The notes under the pieces: generated by a model | Database searches by the model: none | Told to the model about the DNA's origin: nothing | Seen by the model: the letters and a program-made list of their open reading frames with translations, nothing else | Virus record (IMG/VR): IMGVR_UViG_3300009494_000372 | Source: a virus | Reading direction: 5' to 3' (one strand) | Length of the DNA: 64,000 nt | In this document: positions 59,578 to 64,000 of the stretch, one piece after another | Position numbering within the stretch: position 1 is the stretch's first letter | Layout: each line of letters starts with the position of its first letter | Made by a program: the position numbers and the translations under genes

Positions 59578-60345
59578 TCATCGAAATCGCCTCAGTTGAA
59601 CCTCGTTTCCATCAATCGTTATGTACGTGTTGTGGATTCGCTCGTTACGACACCATGACCCGCAGTTTACATGATTCTCAGATTCCACTATGCACGGGAT
59701 GTGGGTATGTCCGCAAACAAGCACCTCGCCACTCATGGTTGCGGTACCCATTTCCGAGGGTGCTAATGTATCATGTAGCTGAATCGACCCGCGCTCTTCC
59801 GGAGGTTTTAGCATCACCTCTATCTCTCTTTTCGTCTTCCGCTGCCGCAGCCATTCAGCAGGGTATGCCAGCGGACTGAGCCACCTTGAGTACACGTCCC
59901 AGACCCGATCAGCTAACCGCCCATACCTGTCACTCGTGTGGCAGAGTGCATCAAAGTACACAGAGGACTGATCAGGATCGATCTCCCAGCCGTGGATGAA
60001 GGTGTAGTTTGTGTCATCTTCCGTAAGATCGAGCTTCGTTGTGAAGTTGAACCTATTCGGGAAGATCTTCAGGTGCCGCACACTGTAGTCGTGGTTGCCT
60101 GCGATGTAGTGGACATTCACCCCGCCCTTCTGCATGGCGATCATCTTTGCTATGATGTCCGAGTTTTCAAGGGTTACGCCAACCATGTCGCGTCGCCACA
60201 TATCGAGAAGGTCACCACAGATCACGAAGTCGGTCACCTCTTCCCGGACAGCAGCCCAGTCAAGAAACCGGCTGAATGCGGCTCGGTCGCAATGTTGATA
60301 TCCCAAGTGTATGTCGCTGACTGCGAGGATCAAAGCTACCTCCAC
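59578..60345 (-). CDS. Calcineurin-like metallophosphoesterase (LpxH-like)
   Basis: SDIHLG, GDLLD, GNHD, IHG and GHTH. Confidence 0.88.
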   Translation of the reverse strand: MEVALILAVSDIHLGYQHCDRAAFSRFLDWAAVREEVTDFVICGDLLDMWRRDMVGVTLENSDIIAKMIAMQKGGVNVHYIAGNHDYSVRHLKIFPNRFNFTTKLDLTEDDTNYTFIHGWEIDPDQSSVYFDALCHTSDRYGRLADRVWDVYSRWLSPLAYPAEWLRQRKTKREIEVMLKPPEERGSIQLHDTLAPSEMGTATMSGEVLVCGHTHIPCIVESENHVNCGSWCRNERIHNTYITIDGNEVQLRRFR

Positions 60346-60638
60346 GGTCTGATCTTCGGCGGACCGTCCGGGTAGTACTCGGCGTACACCTTCGGAACGA
60401 GCATTTTCGCGGTCGGGAATCCCATGTGCGACATGACCCGCCGTATCAGGTTATCTATCTCGTGGTTCCCCCATTCCGGGTGTTCTCCTTTGCGAAACTT
60501 GCACAGAGCCTCGATGAACAGCCGTGCCTCGTGCAACTCAGCCGGTATGAGAATATCTTTACTTGGTATGTGAATATCTTTCGTGACTTCCTCCCCGCTC
60601 TGAAGGAGCGAGGCTTCCGCTTCATAGAGGTTGCTCAT
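60336..60638 (-). CDS. Small protein, paralog of 62802-62999
   Basis: EID...R.MSH.G.P.AK..VP..YA..YP.GPPK shared. Confidence 0.55.
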   Translation of the reverse strand: MSNLYEAEASLLQSGEEVTKDIHIPSKDILIPAELHEARLFIEALCKFRKGEHPEWGNHEIDNLIRRVMSHMGFPTAKMLVPKVYAEYYPDGPPKIRPWR

Positions 60639-61747
60639 GCAACCGTCTCCGCTGGCTTAAAATCCCCACAGTCCGTGGGTATATATCTATTCTCGATGTT
60701 GATTGCGGCGTTGTGATCCCTGCCAATCGTGTTGCCGCACGCAGAGCACTCGTATGTCCTCTGCGATAGTGGCATCGGCTGGATATTGCCGCAAACACAA
60801 CATTCCTGACTTGTGCGTCTCGGATTAACCAGTCCAACGACACCACCAGCGTATTCTGCTTTGTAGGTCGTAAAATTGATTAACATTCCCCAAGAAGCAT
60901 CGTGAATTGATCTTGCAAGATGATGGTTCTGCACCATGTTTTTGATCTGCAAGTCCTCAAATACAATTTGATCGTAAGTATCCGCAAGTATCCGGCTCGC
61001 TTTGTGCATGTAGTCATTCCGGACGTTCCTGATCTTCCGGTGGATTCGGGCAACCTTCAGTTTCTGTTTCTTCCAGTTGTTCGAGCCCTTCTGCTTACGC
61101 GATAAGTCTTTCTGCGCTTTCCTTAGCTTTGAGTCGTACTTATCGAGGGGCTTGGGATTCTCGATCTCCGTACCATCGGATAAGGTCGCAAGCGTAGTAA
61201 TTCCAACATCCACACCAACAGAGGTTAGAATCTCCTTTGGCTCCGGATCCGGCAGTTCCACGCTGAAGGATGCATACCACTGATCTGCATCCCGCTTGAT
61301 CGTGCAGGTCTTGACATTCCCTTCGATCTCTCGATTCAGGAAGATTCTTATCGCCCCGATCTTCGAGAGATGAAGTTTACCATCTTCGATCTTATATCCG
61401 GTTCCGTAAGGGTCTGGATACGTGAATGAGTCGTAGCGATCCCTACCCTGAAACCGCGGGTATCCCGGCTTATTCCCATTCTTAACACGTCTGAAAAAGT
61501 TTTTGAAAGAGGTATCTACGCGGCGTAGAACGTTCTGAAGGATGTGGGCGTACACCCCGTGGTAGTCTGTATACTTTAGCCATCTCACCTGATCGTAATA
61601 CGATAACCCACAATGACAGTCCTCATAAGCTATTTTGCGGTCGTGTAATGAGTCGTTGTACAATTTCCGGCACACAGAGAGCACATACAGTAATAATATG
61701 TTTTGCTTTCGGGTGGGGTATATCCGGTATTTAAACGTCTTACGCAT
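60635..61747 (-). CDS. tnpB: IS200/IS605-family TnpB, RuvC intact; no tnpA
   Basis: MRKTFKYRIYP, GVDVG, VFEDL, TSQECC and GRDHNAAIN. Confidence 0.92.
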   Translation of the reverse strand: MRKTFKYRIYPTRKQNILLLYVLSVCRKLYNDSLHDRKIAYEDCHCGLSYYDQVRWLKYTDYHGVYAHILQNVLRRVDTSFKNFFRRVKNGNKPGYPRFQGRDRYDSFTYPDPYGTGYKIEDGKLHLSKIGAIRIFLNREIEGNVKTCTIKRDADQWYASFSVELPDPEPKEILTSVGVDVGITTLATLSDGTEIENPKPLDKYDSKLRKAQKDLSRKQKGSNNWKKQKLKVARIHRKIRNVRNDYMHKASRILADTYDQIVFEDLQIKNMVQNHHLARSIHDASWGMLINFTTYKAEYAGGVVGLVNPRRTSQECCVCGNIQPMPLSQRTYECSACGNTIGRDHNAAINIENRYIPTDCGDFKPAETVA

Positions 61748-61908
61748 GTTACCGATAAACTCTTTAACCAGAGTGTATATATGGTTTGTGCTTGCTCGCG
61801 GCGATGCGTTTTTTGCGCATGTTACCAACGCCGCTGGCAAGCAAAACGTTTTTACGCCTTCTTTTTGTGTGTACATGATTACCCATCCCTATTATTTACA
61901 ACTTTAAA

Positions 61909-62805
61909 CTACATAATAATCGCTATCGCTGACGCACCCCCGTAGACAAATGCTGCATACATACCGCTCTTCCACATCTTGAAGCTGTGTTGGGCGTGGT
62001 ACACGAGCATGGCGAAAAGGACGGCAGTGCATACGCAGGCGATGACGGTCGGTCCGAACACCGGCAGACCGCAGCTCTCATCACCAACCGTGAGCAGCGC
62101 GATACCAAGTACGGGATACAGAATTCCAACAGCGGTTGCGTTGATCGGACCCATGTAGACCGGCGTTGTGTTCTTCCCTGCTTCCTTGTCAGCCTCATAA
62201 TCGATCATGGACTGGAACAGGAACCATGCCGCACTGAACAGCCCGAACGATGCGCCCATGAACAGCCCGAGCAGTGTTACCTGCGACACAAGGATGTACT
62301 GCACGCCAGCCACGGCGACGATTGTTGATGGCAGTAGCATCGTGAGTTCAGGGAACGGGTGGTATGCGAGTTTGAGCGGGGGGAGGTTGTACTGCAGTGA
62401 CATGATTAACCCGAACATGGTAAATGCCAGTACAATGATCCCGGTTTCAATAGCCAGCCACCACGTAAATAATGCGAACATGACAAGGCATAATATATAA
62501 AGACAGATCACGTCCCGATGCGTCAGTTCGCCAAGAAGAAGGGTATGGTACATGCGGGATTTGCGGCTGCCCTGCTCCATTGCACGCTTATCCACATCGA
62601 TATCGATGAGGTTGTTCAGGATGTTCGACTTGAACAACAGGCACAAAATCACACCAGCTCCGGGAATCATGTTCCACCATGCAATCGGCTTGCCTGTCGC
62701 AACTGCGCAGGCTATGCCGAGCATCATGACCGGGACCACGAAGGCTACCGTGATCTCGATGCGTGCGGATTTGTAGATTCCGGCGAGTTTGGTTTTTGCT
62801 GTCAC
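61909..62805 (-). CDS. UbiA-family prenyltransferase (MenA-like)
   Basis: NNLIDIDVD and SMIDYEADKEAGKNTT; multiple TM segments. Confidence 0.85.
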   Translation of the reverse strand: MTAKTKLAGIYKSARIEITVAFVVPVMMLGIACAVATGKPIAWWNMIPGAGVILCLLFKSNILNNLIDIDVDKRAMEQGSRKSRMYHTLLLGELTHRDVICLYILCLVMFALFTWWLAIETGIIVLAFTMFGLIMSLQYNLPPLKLAYHPFPELTMLLPSTIVAVAGVQYILVSQVTLLGLFMGASFGLFSAAWFLFQSMIDYEADKEAGKNTTPVYMGPINATAVGILYPVLGIALLTVGDESCGLPVFGPTVIACVCTAVLFAMLVYHAQHSFKMWKSGMYAAFVYGGASAIAIIM

Positions 62806-62999
62806 TTAACACCGTAATCAGCAGTTACTTTCGGCGGTCCTTCCGGATAGCAAACCGCGTATGCCTCCGGAACGATCCGCTTTGCGTCAGGCAGACCGAC
62901 ATGCGACATAATGTTGCGCATCATCTTATCGATCTCTCCTTCGCTCCATGTGTGCTTGTCGAGGTTCTCACGCAGCATCATCTGACCCTCGATGACCAT
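62802..62999 (-). CDS. Small protein, paralog of 60336-60638
   Basis: Motif given for 60336-60638. Confidence 0.55.
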   Translation of the reverse strand: MVIEGQMMLRENLDKHTWSEGEIDKMMRNIMSHVGLPDAKRIVPEAYAVCYPEGPPKVTADYGVK

Positions 63000-63088
63000 C
63001 CGGCATTCATAGTCCCTTGCGCAAGGAGACCCCGCTACTTGTAGCGGGGAGGAATTGCGCCTCCATAAAGCTTATATAGTTGCGTGAC

Positions 63089-64000
63089 ATGGTTCTCGTT
63101 GGTGAGACCTTGAAGACTGTATTGATCAACTGTTTGCCATTAACCAGCAAGAAACAGCAGATACGCGATAGTTTCTTTAAAGAATATCTCCGCGTTCTGA
63201 ATGTCACGCTTAAATCATTACCTGATGCCAAATCTTCAAACGATTTGCACCACCTAACATATTCCAACATTCGCGAAACCTCCTTTTTGCCTTCTGATAT
63301 TGTTCAAGAAGCCCGGAAGGATGTCTGGGCTAAACGTAAGACTGTTAAGAACGGATTTAAACGGTGTTCTATCCGGCTTAACAAGAGATGGTTCAGGTTT
63401 TTTACCACTGATCGGGCGACTCCATGTTTTAAGGTCACCTACGCTCCGTACAAGACCTTTACTATCCCTATAGCACTTGACGGGGGTTATGATCGATTTA
63501 ATCAGTTCCTTGACGATGGTTGGGCTATTAAAACCATTTCCCTTCTCGATAGTAAAATTGCGGTCTCCATCGACAAAGATTTCAACGCTCCTGATAACAT
63601 CAGCAGGTACGTTGTCGGTGTTGATGTTGGTTCGACCACTCTCGCCGCGGTAACTGTCTTTGACACCCTCAAAAACCGTGTTGTCAAACAGCTTTACTTG
63701 GGTAGAGATGTTGCCATCAGGCAACGCAGAGTTGCGGATCGACGTGCTTTGCTCCGGAGCAAGGCTGACAAAGGGTCTGATCAAGCGAAGAAGAGTCTTA
63801 AACGGCTTGCTAACAAACAATTCAACTTTGTCAAGACCCGCAGCGGTCAAATTGCTAAAGAAATCGTGGAACTTGCGGTTGAATACCATGCAACCGTCGC
63901 CATCGAGAAACTTACTATCCGGGGCAGGAAACACCAATTTAACAGGTCTGCTAACCGGAAGATAAACACGATTCCATACGCACAGCTCAGAGACTTTCTT
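63089..64000 (+). CDS. tnpB: TnpB/Cas12f-like protein, truncated by the window end (absent from the ORF track)
   Basis: Open frame from ATG 63089: SDIVQEA, VVGVDVGSTT, VAIEKL and TIPYAQLRDFL; CTTATATA box upstream. Confidence 0.85.
   Translation, partial: MVLVGETLKTVLINCLPLTSKKQQIRDSFFKEYLRVLNVTLKSLPDAKSSNDLHHLTYSNIRETSFLPSDIVQEARKDVWAKRKTVKNGFKRCSIRLNKRWFRFFTTDRATPCFKVTYAPYKTFTIPIALDGGYDRFNQFLDDGWAIKTISLLDSKIAVSIDKDFNAPDNISRYVVGVDVGSTTLAAVTVFDTLKNRVVKQLYLGRDVAIRQRRVADRRALLRSKADKGSDQAKKSLKRLANKQFNFVKTRSGQIAKEIVELAVEYHATVAIEKLTIRGRKHQFNRSANRKINTIPYAQLRDFL

Noticed and set aside
63254-63937. 227-aa minus-strand ORF
   Set aside because: It is the antisense shadow of the plus-strand TnpB-like gene starting at 63089.

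Overview
This looks like a 64-kb segment of a large archaeal mobile element (virus, provirus or plasmid). The likely host is a Methanomicrobia/ANME-like archaeon; that is inference from archaeal-type tRNAs, TATA promoters, and MCM and RFC genes. No rRNA or core host operons are seen. Three RNA-programmed systems stand out. (1) A TIGR-Tas locus at 44918-47573: a nuclease-less Nop-domain TasA-like gene followed by about 47 units of strict 36-nt (9+9+9+9) architecture, with exact duplicates and shuffled half-spacers. (2) A cas1/cas2-less CRISPR array at 24333-25473 (16 x 37-nt repeats) beside a Cas12f/TnpB-like gene whose RuvC-III Asp is replaced by Gly. Its leader-proximal spacer matches this element's own gene at 39649-39685 (32/37 nt, TTA on the 5' side, four of the five mismatches in the first 7 nt). 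(3) A complete diversity-generating retroelement at 11936-14818: 26 VR/TR differences, all at TR adenines, with a non-Avd small gene in the accessory slot. The window also holds four further TnpB genes and a tyrosine integrase next to tRNA-Ala. A Ser-type tRNA body carries a GAA (Phe) anticodon, and three tRNA-derived structured elements sit just after stop codons. Other modules include nonulosonic-acid-type sugar genes, isoprenoid genes (polyprenyl synthase, geranylgeranyl reductase-like, UbiA-family), a 7-repeat propeller-like protein, a mini-MCM with RFC, and a triplicated promoter plus micro-ORF cassette. All calls come from reading motifs by eye; no database searches were run.
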